Below the pieces are notes generated by a model. The model was not told the DNA's origin, did not search any database, and saw only the letters and a program-made list of their open reading frames with translations. This document shows, in pieces, positions 1 through 9,012 of a stretch of DNA of 64,000 nucleotides. A program made the translations under genes and the position numbers. Position 1 is the stretch's first letter. Every line of letters starts with the position of its first letter. Source of the DNA: an uncultured bacterium. Its GTDB lineage: Bacteria > Patescibacteriota > Minisyncoccia > Phycocordibacterales > PALSA-1337. The stretch spans positions 175,341 through 239,340 of the forward strand of contig CAWKEA010000005.1 in NCBI GenBank assembly GCA_963848635.1, read 5' to 3'.

Positions 1-290
1 AAAAGGGACAACTGCGCAGGAGCCGTCTTATTCTTGGCATCTATGTCCTTTAAAAATTGAAAATATACCAAAGGCTTTTCATCAGTGGTTCTAGCCAATT
101 CTTCATAATCATTCAATGCCCTCAGGAGCTCCTGTACGTCATTGAGATATTTCTTCTTTGGAGTGTCATATGTCTTTGCAAAGGAATCGAACTTTTTTTC
201 GATCGATCTGATGTCAGATTCCATCCTGCTGTCATTTTCAGAAGCGTATAAAAGACCGAGGTTCCATTGGTGTTTATTTAGTTTTTTCAT
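1..290 (-). CDS. pepF: Oligoendopeptidase F (M3 family), N-terminal part, truncated by window edge
   Basis: Own translation from ATG at 290: MKKLNKHQWNLGLLYASENDSRMESD..., open to base 1; W-x-L-x-x-L-Y start typical of PepF. Confidence 0.6.
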   Translation of the reverse strand, partial: MKKLNKHQWNLGLLYASENDSRMESDIRSIEKKFDSFAKTYDTPKKKYLNDVQELLRALNDYEELARTTDEKPLVYFQFLKDIDAKNKTAPAQLSL

Positions 291-354
291 TATTATATAA
301 AGCAAGATAGCACAACCAAATCGCGAAGGATAGGCTTCCGCATGCGGGTCTGCC

Positions 355-948
355 TCACGCGAACTTCTTCAAAACCTCGAAGTCTTTTTGCAAAGTATCT
401 CGCATTCCGCCGTTGTAGAGTGCGGCGGCTGGATGGTAGAGGGTGACGATCGACAGCGGACCATAGGGCGCCTTCGTCTCGAATACTTTTCCGTGGATCT
501 TTGAGATCGGTTCGAGCTCGAGATCGAGGCCGAATTTTTTCATGACATACTTCATGCTGTATCGGCCGAGAGTGGCGATGACCTTCGGCTGGATTATCTC
601 TATCTGCCGATCGAGGAACGGCCCATAGAGGTCGATCTCGCCCTGCGTCGGGTCGCGATTCTCCGGCGGACGATCCTTGACGATATTGGTGATGTAGACC
701 TTGTCGCGCGTGAGGCCGATCGATCCGATCAAGAAAGTCAAGAACTTCCCTGCCGCGCCGCAAAACGGCTTGCCCGTCAGCGCTTCGTTCTTGCCCGGCG
801 CCTCGCCGACGAACATGATATGCGCATCGTGGCTTCCTTCGCCTATGACGGGAAAATATTCATTCTGCGTCCGATACTCAAAAAGCGGCGACTCCTCGAA
901 AGCAAAGAGCTCGTCGCGGACCTTTTTCATCTCTTCGAATTTCGACAT
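355..948 (-). CDS. Uracil-DNA glycosylase family 4
   Basis: GEAPG..E...GKPF.G.AG motif, YITNIVK.RPP.NR.P, YHPAAALY. Confidence 0.93.
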   Translation of the reverse strand: MSKFEEMKKVRDELFAFEESPLFEYRTQNEYFPVIGEGSHDAHIMFVGEAPGKNEALTGKPFCGAAGKFLTFLIGSIGLTRDKVYITNIVKDRPPENRDPTQGEIDLYGPFLDRQIEIIQPKVIATLGRYSMKYVMKKFGLDLELEPISKIHGKVFETKAPYGPLSIVTLYHPAAALYNGGMRDTLQKDFEVLKKFA

Positions 949-1027
949 GATGCTATTTTAACATGGAAATCGGCTCGGAAACGCGCTTCAAAAAAAGGCA
1001 CCAATGATGGCCTGCGCCCGCTCATTC

Positions 1028-1109
1028 GAGATTTGATCTTGATTTTTGAGATCCGATCTTGTTATTCTGAGATCCGATCTTGATTTGTTCGTACAAGATC
1101 CGATCTCGT
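1028..1109. repeat. Cluster of four short palindromic units AGATC(C)GATCT upstream of comEC
   Basis: gagatttgatctt, gagatccgatctt, gagatccgatctt, acaagatccgatctcgt; same core at 11230-11270. Confidence 0.75.
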
Positions 1110-1119
1110 TTTAAAAAAA

Positions 1120-1163
1120 CTTTAGAATTATTTTAACTTTTCTTAATGGGCTTTTTGTATACT
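1120..1163 (+). promoter_or_regulatory. Conserved 28-bp box plus -10 (TATACT) upstream of comEC
   Basis: CTTTAGAATTATTTTAACTTTTCTTAAT-N10-TATACT; box identical at 4267-4294 (-) and 18796-18823. Confidence 0.75.
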
Positions 1164-1171
1164 GCACGGAT

Positions 1172-3463
1172 ATGCCGATCGACAAGATATTCTATTCTGC
1201 ATGCCTCGGCTTTTCGGCCGGCGTTTTGTGGCGCTCCTTGGCGCGTCTCGACCTTATAGACGTCATATGCATCGGCTCGATATATCTTCTGCTTGTCTTT
1301 CTTTTCTCGATCATTTTAAAGAAAGACTGGGACATCCTTATATCGGTTTTCACGATCGCCCTTGTCCTTGGAATAGCGAGATTCCAGATAGCAGATATAC
1401 AGCCGCCAGCTATCTTTGAAGACCAAGTGAATAAAACCGTTTCTTTTTCTGCCATGATCGTTGACGAACCGGCGAGAAATGCGAGCCAGACGAAATTGAT
1501 CCTCGAGACGAATGGCTCTCTCGAGTCGGCTACAAAAATCACTGGCGATACAAAAGACGTCCCCGACGCTCACACTGAAATAGGCCAAGCAAAAACTGCC
1601 GATATGCGCATTAAAACAAATACAAAGACTGAAAAAGATCCGCTCCGAGTCGGCATCGTCGTCTTTTCAAAAGGAAACGGCGGATTCCATTACGGCGACC
1701 TTGTCAAAGTGACTGGCAAATTAGAAAAGCCCGCTGATTTCATGACAGACCAGGACATGGAATTCGACTACGTGGACTATCTGCGCAAAGACGGGATCTT
1801 TTACACCATTCATAATCCTGATATCAAGATCCTTTCATCCGGTCACGGCAACCCTATCAAGCGCTGGCTCTTCTCGTGGCGGGAAAGATTCGATACAGCC
1901 ATTGATACGGCGATACCCTCGCCCGAATCAACAGTGATCGGTGGCATCATCATCGGCGAACGCTATGCCTTCAGCGAACAATTGCGCCAGATATTCATGG
2001 ATACGGGCACCATCCACATCGTCACTATCGGCGGCTATCATGTCACTCTCGTGGCTGAATGGATCATGAAGATATTCTCGTTCCTACCGAGATTCGCAGG
2101 CTGGGGAGCCGGCATCGTCAGCATATTCCTCTATGTCATCGTCACGGGCGGAGCAGAGACATCAATCCGCGCAGGGATCATGGCGGCTCTCGCCATTTTT
2201 GCCACTGCGACCGGACGCACATACGCTTCCGGCCGAGCGCTCGTCCTCGCCGCGATCGTCATGATATGCATAAATCCGTTCGTCCTCGTCTACGACATAT
2301 CGTTTGATCTGTCGTTCATGGCCACGATCGCCATCATATTCCTTTCGCCGCGTCTCGAGCCGTATCTCGAATGGATCCCATGGAAATGGCTGCGCGGAAT
2401 CGTCACTGTCACCGTTTCGATGTATGCTTTCGCGTTGCCCTTCGTGCTCTATCGCATCGGCAATCTCTCGCTCGTATCACTGCCCGCGAACATGGCTATC
2501 GTGCCCCTCATGCCCGCGACTATGATCGCCGGATTCATCACCGGTTTCGCGGGGCTGATATCGCCCATGCTTGCTGTCATTCCCGGCAAGATCGCTTACA
2601 CGCTCCTCTACTATCAGATCGGCGCCGTGGCTCTCCTTGCAAGATTGCCGTTCGCCGCAGTCGCCATCCAGAATTTTTCACTGCCGATCGTCATCGCCAT
2701 TTACGCGTGCTTCGGTTGTATCTTTTTAAAGGGAGACAGTAAGGCAAGAAAAGCCGCAGGCGCGGCTCTCGGGCCGCAAAGCCTGACGGCCAAGCGTCTT
2801 TCGAAGCTCAATGTTCTCATGCTTTCGATCCCCCTCATCATCACTTTTTCAGCCGCAGGTTTTCTGTATTACAGCCATTACCGGTCAGACCAAGCTTCCT
2901 TGAAAGCCATTCAAAAGCTTCTTTACGAAACAACGACTGCTGACCCTTCGGAAGTATTTTCTTCCACATCGACGGCTCATGTCTTTATGCCGAATCCAAG
3001 AACTGCTTCAAGCGATTGCAAAATAAATGGTGTTTACCCCGACCACACGTGCACACCCGGCGCCGTATTCACCGACGCGACAACAGAGGATGTCTGCGTC
3101 AAAGGCTATACAGCGACCGTCAGAAACGTGTCGGAAAAGACAAAGAAACAGGTATTCGAAGAATACGGCATAGCCTATCCGCAACCGGCTGGCGCGTACG
3201 AGGTCGACCATTTCATTCCCCTGGCTCTTGGCGGGGCGAACGATATCGCCAATCTTTTCCCAGAGGCGGCCGCACCGACGCCGGGATTTCACGAAAAAGA
3301 CGTCGTCGAAGTCTTCTTGCAAGAAGAAGTGTGCTCCGGCCACGCCGCGCTTGCCGCCGCTCAACGGCAAATCTCCACCGATTGGCTGGCAGTCTATGAG
3401 AATATCCCGTTCGAAGACATTCAAAAGATCAAGAATAAGTATGGCGGGAGCGCGGTTCAATAA
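1172..3463 (+). CDS. comEC: ComEC/Rec2 competence protein with C-terminal HNH-like nuclease domain
   Basis: N-terminal TM plus OB-like region, competence domain (GTIHIVTIGGYHV, S.IRAGIM, DISFDLSF), C-terminal YEVDHFIPLALGGANDIANL. Confidence 0.9.
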   Translation: MPIDKIFYSACLGFSAGVLWRSLARLDLIDVICIGSIYLLLVFLFSIILKKDWDILISVFTIALVLGIARFQIADIQPPAIFEDQVNKTVSFSAMIVDEPARNASQTKLILETNGSLESATKITGDTKDVPDAHTEIGQAKTADMRIKTNTKTEKDPLRVGIVVFSKGNGGFHYGDLVKVTGKLEKPADFMTDQDMEFDYVDYLRKDGIFYTIHNPDIKILSSGHGNPIKRWLFSWRERFDTAIDTAIPSPESTVIGGIIIGERYAFSEQLRQIFMDTGTIHIVTIGGYHVTLVAEWIMKIFSFLPRFAGWGAGIVSIFLYVIVTGGAETSIRAGIMAALAIFATATGRTYASGRALVLAAIVMICINPFVLVYDISFDLSFMATIAIIFLSPRLEPYLEWIPWKWLRGIVTVTVSMYAFALPFVLYRIGNLSLVSLPANMAIVPLMPATMIAGFITGFAGLISPMLAVIPGKIAYTLLYYQIGAVALLARLPFAAVAIQNFSLPIVIAIYACFGCIFLKGDSKARKAAGAALGPQSLTAKRLSKLNVLMLSIPLIITFSAAGFLYYSHYRSDQASLKAIQKLLYETTTADPSEVFSSTSTAHVFMPNPRTASSDCKINGVYPDHTCTPGAVFTDATTEDVCVKGYTATVRNVSEKTKKQVFEEYGIAYPQPAGAYEVDHFIPLALGGANDIANLFPEAAAPTPGFHEKDVVEVFLQEEVCSGHAALAAAQRQISTDWLAVYENIPFEDIQKIKNKYGGSAVQ

Positions 3464-3480
3464 TAGAAGTCGGACCCCGA

Positions 3481-3503
3481 GTGTCAAGATGACATCTTGA
3501 CAC
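3481..3503. repeat. REP-like palindrome (RAYT-associated family)
   Basis: GTGTCAAGATG-A-CATCTTGACAC. Confidence 0.85.
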
Positions 3504-3519
3504 GAAATTTAGATATATC

Positions 3520-4206
3520 TCACTTCGTTTTTTTTAACTTTTTTGAAAAAAACGGTGCGACAAAAGCCGCGCCATTCTCCGCTTTCGGAGTGCCCCCAAT
3601 AGCCGACGAAGTATGCCAGCCGAGCGTCTTTGGATCGCGCTCCATCGTCCTCTTGGTCGCGTCATCGCCCGCAGGCCATCTTGAGCTGGCAACAACCTGA
3701 TCGATCAAGGAACAATACCTGTCAAAGAGCCGGAAGCTGTCGCCGGCATTTTTGATTATGCCGACGAAAAAATTGTCCGCTTTGATGCTCGGCAAAAAAT
3801 CCATTCCGCCTCGTTCCAAAAGATAGAGCCCTCCCGCCGCGACCTTTGCCCCGCTCCGGAAGACGACTTTTATCTTGCCGCTCGCATTCGCGAGCTCCCA
3901 GCCGCCGATCGAAACAGTGCTCGAGGAGACGTTCTTGAGCTCGATCCACTCGTGATTCGAGCTCGTCGCATCGCCCATCCAGGCGATCTCGTTCATGATG
4001 ACAGGAACATGCTCCGGGATCTCTGTCGTGTCGAAAGCGCAGTTCGTGATCGGAGCCGTCGAAGCACTGCTTACGCCCGTCGATGAAGACGCTTGACCGA
4101 CGCTATCCACCAGATTTTTGACGCTGTTATTCCTTGAAAAATAAAAAGCCATCCCGGCAATAGCTAGTACTGTTATACAGGTGAGGATCGGGTGTTCGCT
4201 GAACAT
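3520..4206 (-). CDS. Membrane-anchored lamin-tail-domain (LTD) protein
   Basis: N-terminal TM; VIMNEIAWMG...EWIELKN...IGGWEL, MER..., GTPKAEN end typical of bacterial LTD. Confidence 0.85.
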   Translation of the reverse strand: MFSEHPILTCITVLAIAGMAFYFSRNNSVKNLVDSVGQASSSTGVSSASTAPITNCAFDTTEIPEHVPVIMNEIAWMGDATSSNHEWIELKNVSSSTVSIGGWELANASGKIKVVFRSGAKVAAGGLYLLERGGMDFLPSIKADNFFVGIIKNAGDSFRLFDRYCSLIDQVVASSRWPAGDDATKRTMERDPKTLGWHTSSAIGGTPKAENGAAFVAPFFSKKLKKTK

Positions 4207-4250
4207 GAAAGTTATACGGCTTTATCTCCATCGATATCATCTACACGCGC

Positions 4251-4294
4251 AGTATACGAAAAATTCATTAAGAAAAGTTAAAATAATTCTAAAG
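4251..4294 (-). promoter_or_regulatory. Conserved 28-bp box plus -10 (TATACT) upstream of LTD gene
   Basis: Reverse strand reads CTTTAGAATTATTTTAACTTTTCTTAAT-GAATTTTTCG-TATACT. Confidence 0.75.
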
Positions 4295-4433
4295 AAACCC
4301 TAAAATGACACATTACATAGGTCCGCATAGGTCGGACCTTGGTACATTGATATATAGGTCGCTATATAGGTCGGGCCTATGTAAACTAAGAAAAAACCGC
4401 CCCGTTTTTAATGAGGTGGCCTATGATCGTCGG

Positions 4434-4946
4434 TTATTTCGTCGTGACAGAGAAATCGAGAGCTCGAACAGAAAGCTCCTGCGGCAAATAGCGTTTCTCG
4501 ATGCCCCAGCGGTCGCAGTTGCCATGCTCCCATCGCGCGCCAAACGATGATTCCCAACCATGGATGAAGTGAAGCGCACTGACTTTGCCGGAAAGGAATA
4601 CCTTCTCGTAAAAGTCATTCAGGATCGGCGTGCAATATTCTTCCGCCGGATTCTGTCTGTGCCATTCGAGGTAGAGCTCGACCATCTTATCCTCGAAAGG
4701 CATCTGGCTGAAGATATTCCGATGCGATTCGCCGATGAGGATCTCGATGACGCCTTCGAAGACTTTCCGATTGCCCTGAATAGTGCCGACGCCGCCAGTC
4801 GAGATCGGTCCAGACACCATTTCGGCTTTTCCAGGCGTACGGCGAAGGATATCGAGAGCGATCGCCGCCAAATCGACGAACGACTTCGCGTCCTTGAGAG
4901 CATCGTGATCCCGAGGGTTCCAATGTCTGTAATGTTCAATGTTCAT
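4434..4946 (-). CDS. Nucleoside 2-deoxyribosyltransferase-like (DUF4406/DUF1937-type) protein
   Basis: VSGPISTGG and LHFIHGWESSFGARWEH motifs. Confidence 0.6.
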   Translation of the reverse strand: MNIEHYRHWNPRDHDALKDAKSFVDLAAIALDILRRTPGKAEMVSGPISTGGVGTIQGNRKVFEGVIEILIGESHRNIFSQMPFEDKMVELYLEWHRQNPAEEYCTPILNDFYEKVFLSGKVSALHFIHGWESSFGARWEHGNCDRWGIEKRYLPQELSVRALDFSVTTK

Positions 4947-4993
4947 ATTGTCGAAAATCTACTCCACATACAGCTAAAATGCAAATCTAAAAA

Positions 4994-5362
4994 TCATTTT
5001 CCGGATCTGTGTTTTTTCTTGATATCCTTGTATTTTTTTGAGATATCACTTCCGCTGATAGCGCTTGGGGGATATTTCTTTGCGGCCGCCGAGAGCTTGT
5101 CATGAACGATCTCTCGGATATCGACGTTGAGGACGAGCGCCATCGCGATCGCATAGACGAAGACATCCGCCAATTCCTTGACGATCTCTTTCTTTATCCG
5201 TGGATCCTTTACGACCTCTTCGCCGAAGAAATTCTCCCACTGGAAATGTTCCAGCAATTCGGCGGCTTCGATGACGATCGATTTCGCCAAGTCCGCAGGA
5301 GGCTGATCGGACCAACCCCGCTCTGCCATGAATCTTTTGACTTCTTCTCTGGAGTTTTCCAT
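4994..5362 (-). CDS. MazG-like nucleotide pyrophosphohydrolase
   Basis: F..ERGW...P.DLAKSIVIEAAELLEHFQW, ELADV..Y, KKYP. Confidence 0.9.
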   Translation of the reverse strand: MENSREEVKRFMAERGWSDQPPADLAKSIVIEAAELLEHFQWENFFGEEVVKDPRIKKEIVKELADVFVYAIAMALVLNVDIREIVHDKLSAAAKKYPPSAISGSDISKKYKDIKKKHRSGK

Positions 5363-5392
5363 GACGTTTTTTATGAGGGATATGCTAGCATT

Positions 5393-5767
5393 TCAGCTCT
5401 TAAAAAGATACTTGTTCATTATATATCCATTCTTGTCTTTCTTTTGTTCAAGGAGGATGCCTCCCGCTGATTCGATGACTTTTTTTGAAGGAAAATTAAG
5501 ATCGTCGCAGACGACTGTTATCCTAGCGATGCCAAGATCATGCGCTTGCGTGATCGTATCATTGAATAGTTTTGTTCCAAAGCCTTTGTGCTGAAAATCC
5601 GGATAGATTTCATAATAGATATGGCTCTCAAAACCTTCCGGCATTTCATCGCTTTTTTGCGCAGTGAGCCTTATTTGAGAATAACCGACCGGAATGTCGT
5701 CATCATTGAACAATCTATATACTAACGTATTCCCTTTATTGAGCTTTTCTTTAAATGCAAACCTCAT
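5393..5767 (-). CDS. GNAT family N-acetyltransferase
   Basis: True start likely ATG at 5767 (MRFAFK); HIYYEIYPDFQHKGFGTKL, VVCDDLNFPSKKVIESAGG. Confidence 0.8.
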   Translation of the reverse strand: MRFAFKEKLNKGNTLVYRLFNDDDIPVGYSQIRLTAQKSDEMPEGFESHIYYEIYPDFQHKGFGTKLFNDTITQAHDLGIARITVVCDDLNFPSKKVIESAGGILLEQKKDKNGYIMNKYLFKS

Positions 5768-5769
5768 GG

Positions 5770-6612
5770 CTATATCTTGCACATCAACCGGGCCTCGTTG
5801 AGGATCTTGTCTGCCTTGACGCCTTTGACGCCAGCGTCTTCGAGATATCCGGGATATTTGACGAGATCGCGGCACAGGACGATGCCATTTTGGAAGAGGT
5901 TGCGGCGGATTTCGCCGTCGACGGAAGCGAGAATAGTGAAAGGATAGAGCGAAAGCTCCTCGATGATCTGGTGCAAATTGCCTGAATGCGGATAATTCCA
6001 GCCGATCAAGGGGAGTCCCGCGCATTGGGCGTACTTGATGGCTTCGGAAGTGAATTTGGTATTGGTGATGAGCCAGCCTTTCGAGAGCATGCGCTCGCGG
6101 CCGCCAAAGGTGAATTTACGGCTCGCGAGATCCTCGAAGCGCGCTTTGACGTACAGGGCGACTTTCAGATCGGACTTCAGGCCGAATTCATTGTGGAATT
6201 TAGCTTCGACCATATCGAGCTTGTCGTCTTTCCAGGCGACGACATCAATCTCGTGCTGGACGCAGTGGCCTTCGACGATGACATCTGTCGTCGTCTCGTA
6301 CCCCCAGGCCTTGAAGATTTCGGCCACGAATTTTTCGAACGGATAGCCGTTCGGTCCGAGCTCGGCCAAAGCGCGGCGCATGGAATACCGTGCGGCGGCA
6401 TGGTGCAGATTCGACGAGCGGAGGTAATCAAATGCTCGGGCATAGATGAGAGCCGTCGACATGCCGTCTTTTATTTCGCTCTCCACTCTGTCGACGATCT
6501 CCTCGATGGCTTCTTTCGATCCGCCGGCGGCTCGAAGCGATTCAATGAGCTTGTTCTCCTCGAAAAGCTCTTTTTCGCCGTTCGATTTTGTGACATTGAT
6601 GAGGCGATTCAT
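5770..6612 (-). CDS. ATP-cone domain plus Mrr-like PD-(D/E)XK restriction endonuclease protein
   Basis: VTKSNGEKELF..KL..SL (ATP cone); GYPFEKFVAEIF, EIDVVA, VEAKFH, TNTKFT.EA. Confidence 0.85.
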   Translation of the reverse strand: MNRLINVTKSNGEKELFEENKLIESLRAAGGSKEAIEEIVDRVESEIKDGMSTALIYARAFDYLRSSNLHHAAARYSMRRALAELGPNGYPFEKFVAEIFKAWGYETTTDVIVEGHCVQHEIDVVAWKDDKLDMVEAKFHNEFGLKSDLKVALYVKARFEDLASRKFTFGGRERMLSKGWLITNTKFTSEAIKYAQCAGLPLIGWNYPHSGNLHQIIEELSLYPFTILASVDGEIRRNLFQNGIVLCRDLVKYPGYLEDAGVKGVKADKILNEARLMCKI

Positions 6613-6778
6613 TGGGAATATTGTAGCATGTCGCCCAAGAAAAAACCTTAGATAACTTGAAAAGAAAAACGTATATTTTATGTAAATAATTTCGCTTCTG
6701 TGTCCTTATCCCCACATTGTTCACTTTTCCGATTGCTTTTTCCCCTTGACCTATTTCGAGGCATGCTACAATCAGTGC

Positions 6779-8194
6779 ATGGCAGAGACGACAAAATCTC
6801 CTTACTACAAGACATCCGACCTGCGCATACCGCCGCAGTCGCTCGAGGCGGAGCGCGCTCTCCTCGGCTCGGTGATGATGCGGCCCGAAGTCATCCACGA
6901 GATCATCGATGTCGTCTCAGACAGGACCTTCTATTCGGATCGTCATCGCCTGATCTGGCTCTCTATGCTCGAGCTCCACCAAAAAGCCACGCCGATCGAC
7001 CTGCTCTCGCTCTCCTCGAGGCTCAAGGAAAAAGAACTGATCGAAACGGTCGGCGGCATGACCTATCTGACCGAATTGGTCCAAAGCGTGCCGTCATCGG
7101 CCAACGCGAAATATTACGCGGAGATAATCCAGAAGAAACAGCTCATGCGCGACCTCATCAGCGCCTCCGAATACATCGGCAATCTCGGCTTCGATCAGGA
7201 TGGAGACCTCGAAGAGACATTGGATAAGGCGGAAAAGAGGATATTTGACGTGACCAATTTTGCCGGCAGTCAGCACAAGTTCATCGCTCTGAAAGACACC
7301 CTCGTCGAAGCATGGGAGCGCCTCGAAAAGCTCCACGAGACTCGCGGCGAATTGCGCGGCATACCGACCGGCTACAAGGAGCTCGACAACAAATTAGCCG
7401 GCTTCCAAAAGTCAGACCTTATCATCCTCGCCGCCCGGCCATCCATGGGAAAAACGTCGCTCGCGCTCGACATCGCCCGCAAGGCGGCCGTCCTCCACAA
7501 TGTATCCGTCGGCATATTCTCCCTGGAAATGAGCTCGCAACAGCTCGTCGACCGCATGCTCGCGGCAGAAGCATCAGTCGACGCCTGGAAATTGCGCACC
7601 GGCCATAACTTGTCCATCGAGCACGATTTCAAGGCGATTCGCGACGCCATGGACCGCCTCTCAAAAGCGCCGATCTATATCGACGACCAGGCGGCCAACA
7701 ATATTCTAAAGATGCGCGCCGTCGCTCGCCGGCTCAAGAGCGAGAAAGGCCTCGGCCTTATCGTCGTGGACTACTTGCAATTGATGGTGCCGACGAATGC
7801 GCGCCACAACGACAACATGGTTCAGCAGGTCACTGAGATTTCGCGCTCGCTCAAACAGCTGGCGCGCGAATTGGAAGTGCCCGTCCTTGCCCTATCACAG
7901 CTGTCTCGCGCCGTCGAACAGCGCGGCGAAGGCGGCCGTCCGAAACTATCCGACTTGCGCGATTCCGGTTCCATCGAGCAGGACGCCGACGTGGTCATGT
8001 TCATCCATCGCGAGGACAAATACAACAAAGACTCGGGCAAGCCGAATATCGCCAATATCATCATCGAAAAGCACCGCAACGGCCCGACAGGCACGGTCGA
8101 ATTGTACTTTGACGAGAAGAAAACTACATTCCTTTCCATCGAAAAGGCCGATTTTGGAGATTTTGACAAAGGCGGGAACGATCAGCCATTTTAA
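6779..8194 (+). CDS. dnaB: Replicative DNA helicase
   Basis: PPQSLEAERALLG, AARPSMGKT, VDYLQL, LSDLRDSGSIEQDADVV. Confidence 0.97.
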   Translation: MAETTKSPYYKTSDLRIPPQSLEAERALLGSVMMRPEVIHEIIDVVSDRTFYSDRHRLIWLSMLELHQKATPIDLLSLSSRLKEKELIETVGGMTYLTELVQSVPSSANAKYYAEIIQKKQLMRDLISASEYIGNLGFDQDGDLEETLDKAEKRIFDVTNFAGSQHKFIALKDTLVEAWERLEKLHETRGELRGIPTGYKELDNKLAGFQKSDLIILAARPSMGKTSLALDIARKAAVLHNVSVGIFSLEMSSQQLVDRMLAAEASVDAWKLRTGHNLSIEHDFKAIRDAMDRLSKAPIYIDDQAANNILKMRAVARRLKSEKGLGLIVVDYLQLMVPTNARHNDNMVQQVTEISRSLKQLARELEVPVLALSQLSRAVEQRGEGGRPKLSDLRDSGSIEQDADVVMFIHREDKYNKDSGKPNIANIIIEKHRNGPTGTVELYFDEKKTTFLSIEKADFGDFDKGGNDQPF

Positions 8195-8195
8195 T

Positions 8196-8230
8196 AATGT
8201 AAAATTAAAAAATCAAAAGGTAAAATGACA
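8196..8230 (+). repeat. Left arm of imperfect AT-rich inverted repeat with 7-bp periodicity
   Basis: AATGTAAAATTAAAAAATCAAAAGGTAAAATGACA; reverse complement of 8972-9006 is nearly identical. Confidence 0.7.
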
Positions 8231-8247
8231 TATTAAAATTTAAAAAT

Positions 8248-8556
8248 ATGAAACTATACAAAAATTGGAGTCTTTGGTACTGGATAATCATTTTTGCTTA
8301 TTGGTTTTTTTATCAAATTCCACTATCCAACACTTTTACTCCTAGTACACTAGGAGTTCCAAATTCAGCAGATTTTGTACTCTACGCAATTTCTGATATT
8401 ATCCCCGCTTTCTATATTTGGTTTATCATAAAAATAATTCTCAGTATTTTAAAGAAGATAAAAACTCAACAAAATAAAGTCAATTATTCTATTCTTTTAG
8501 TTTGTGTTATTCTCTCTAGTGTTCTTATTGCATGGTATGTGTTTAAGTTATTTTAA
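8248..8556 (+). CDS. Small AT-rich membrane protein (about 3 TM)
   Basis: 102-aa hydrophobic ORF between dnaB and four-helix-bundle gene. Confidence 0.65.
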   Translation: MKLYKNWSLWYWIIIFAYWFFYQIPLSNTFTPSTLGVPNSADFVLYAISDIIPAFYIWFIIKIILSILKKIKTQQNKVNYSILLVCVILSSVLIAWYVFKLF

Positions 8557-8577
8557 GTGTGACATAAGAACATCAAA

Positions 8578-8952
8578 ATGGAAAATGACAGAGAAAAATT
8601 CAAAAATGAATTCAAGAAAAGGTTGTATGCTTGGGTGTTACGACTTGTAAAATTCATTGATTCATTAAAGAAAGATTCAACTTCGTTAGTTATTGGCAAA
8701 CAGTTATTACGAAGCGGAACAAGCATTCTTGCCAACTATATCGAAGCACATTCTGCAAGCTCAAAAAGAGATTTCGGTAACTTTTTCAATCATTCACTTA
8801 AATCTGCAAATGAATCAAAGGTCTGGCTTGCAATAATTCGTGATACTGACAAAGGTAACCAGAGAGAAGTATCGTGGCTCTTGAAAGAGTTGACTGAAAT
8901 ATCAAATATCTTTGCTTCAAGTCTATTAACACTTCGAGGTAAAAAGAAATGA
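8578..8952 (+). CDS. Four-helix-bundle protein (23S rRNA IVP-like family)
   Basis: KQLLRSGTSILANYIEA..ASSKRDF...SLKSANESKVWL. Confidence 0.9.
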   Translation: MENDREKFKNEFKKRLYAWVLRLVKFIDSLKKDSTSLVIGKQLLRSGTSILANYIEAHSASSKRDFGNFFNHSLKSANESKVWLAIIRDTDKGNQREVSWLLKELTEISNIFASSLLTLRGKKK

Positions 8953-8971
8953 ATATTTTGTCATTTTACAT

Positions 8972-9006
8972 TGTAATTTTCCCTTTTGATTTTTAATTTT
9001 TACATT
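8972..9006 (-). repeat. Right arm of inverted repeat bracketing the four-helix-bundle cassette
   Basis: Reverse complement AATGTAAAAATTAAAAATCAAAAGGGAAAATTACA. Confidence 0.7.
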
Positions 9007-9012
9007 CTTATT

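Noticed and set aside
8578-8952. Diversity-generating retroelement suggested by an Avd-like four-helix bundle
   Set aside because: No reverse transcriptase in the window and no TR/VR pair with adenine-specific mismatches; the LamG repeat differences are not A-specific.
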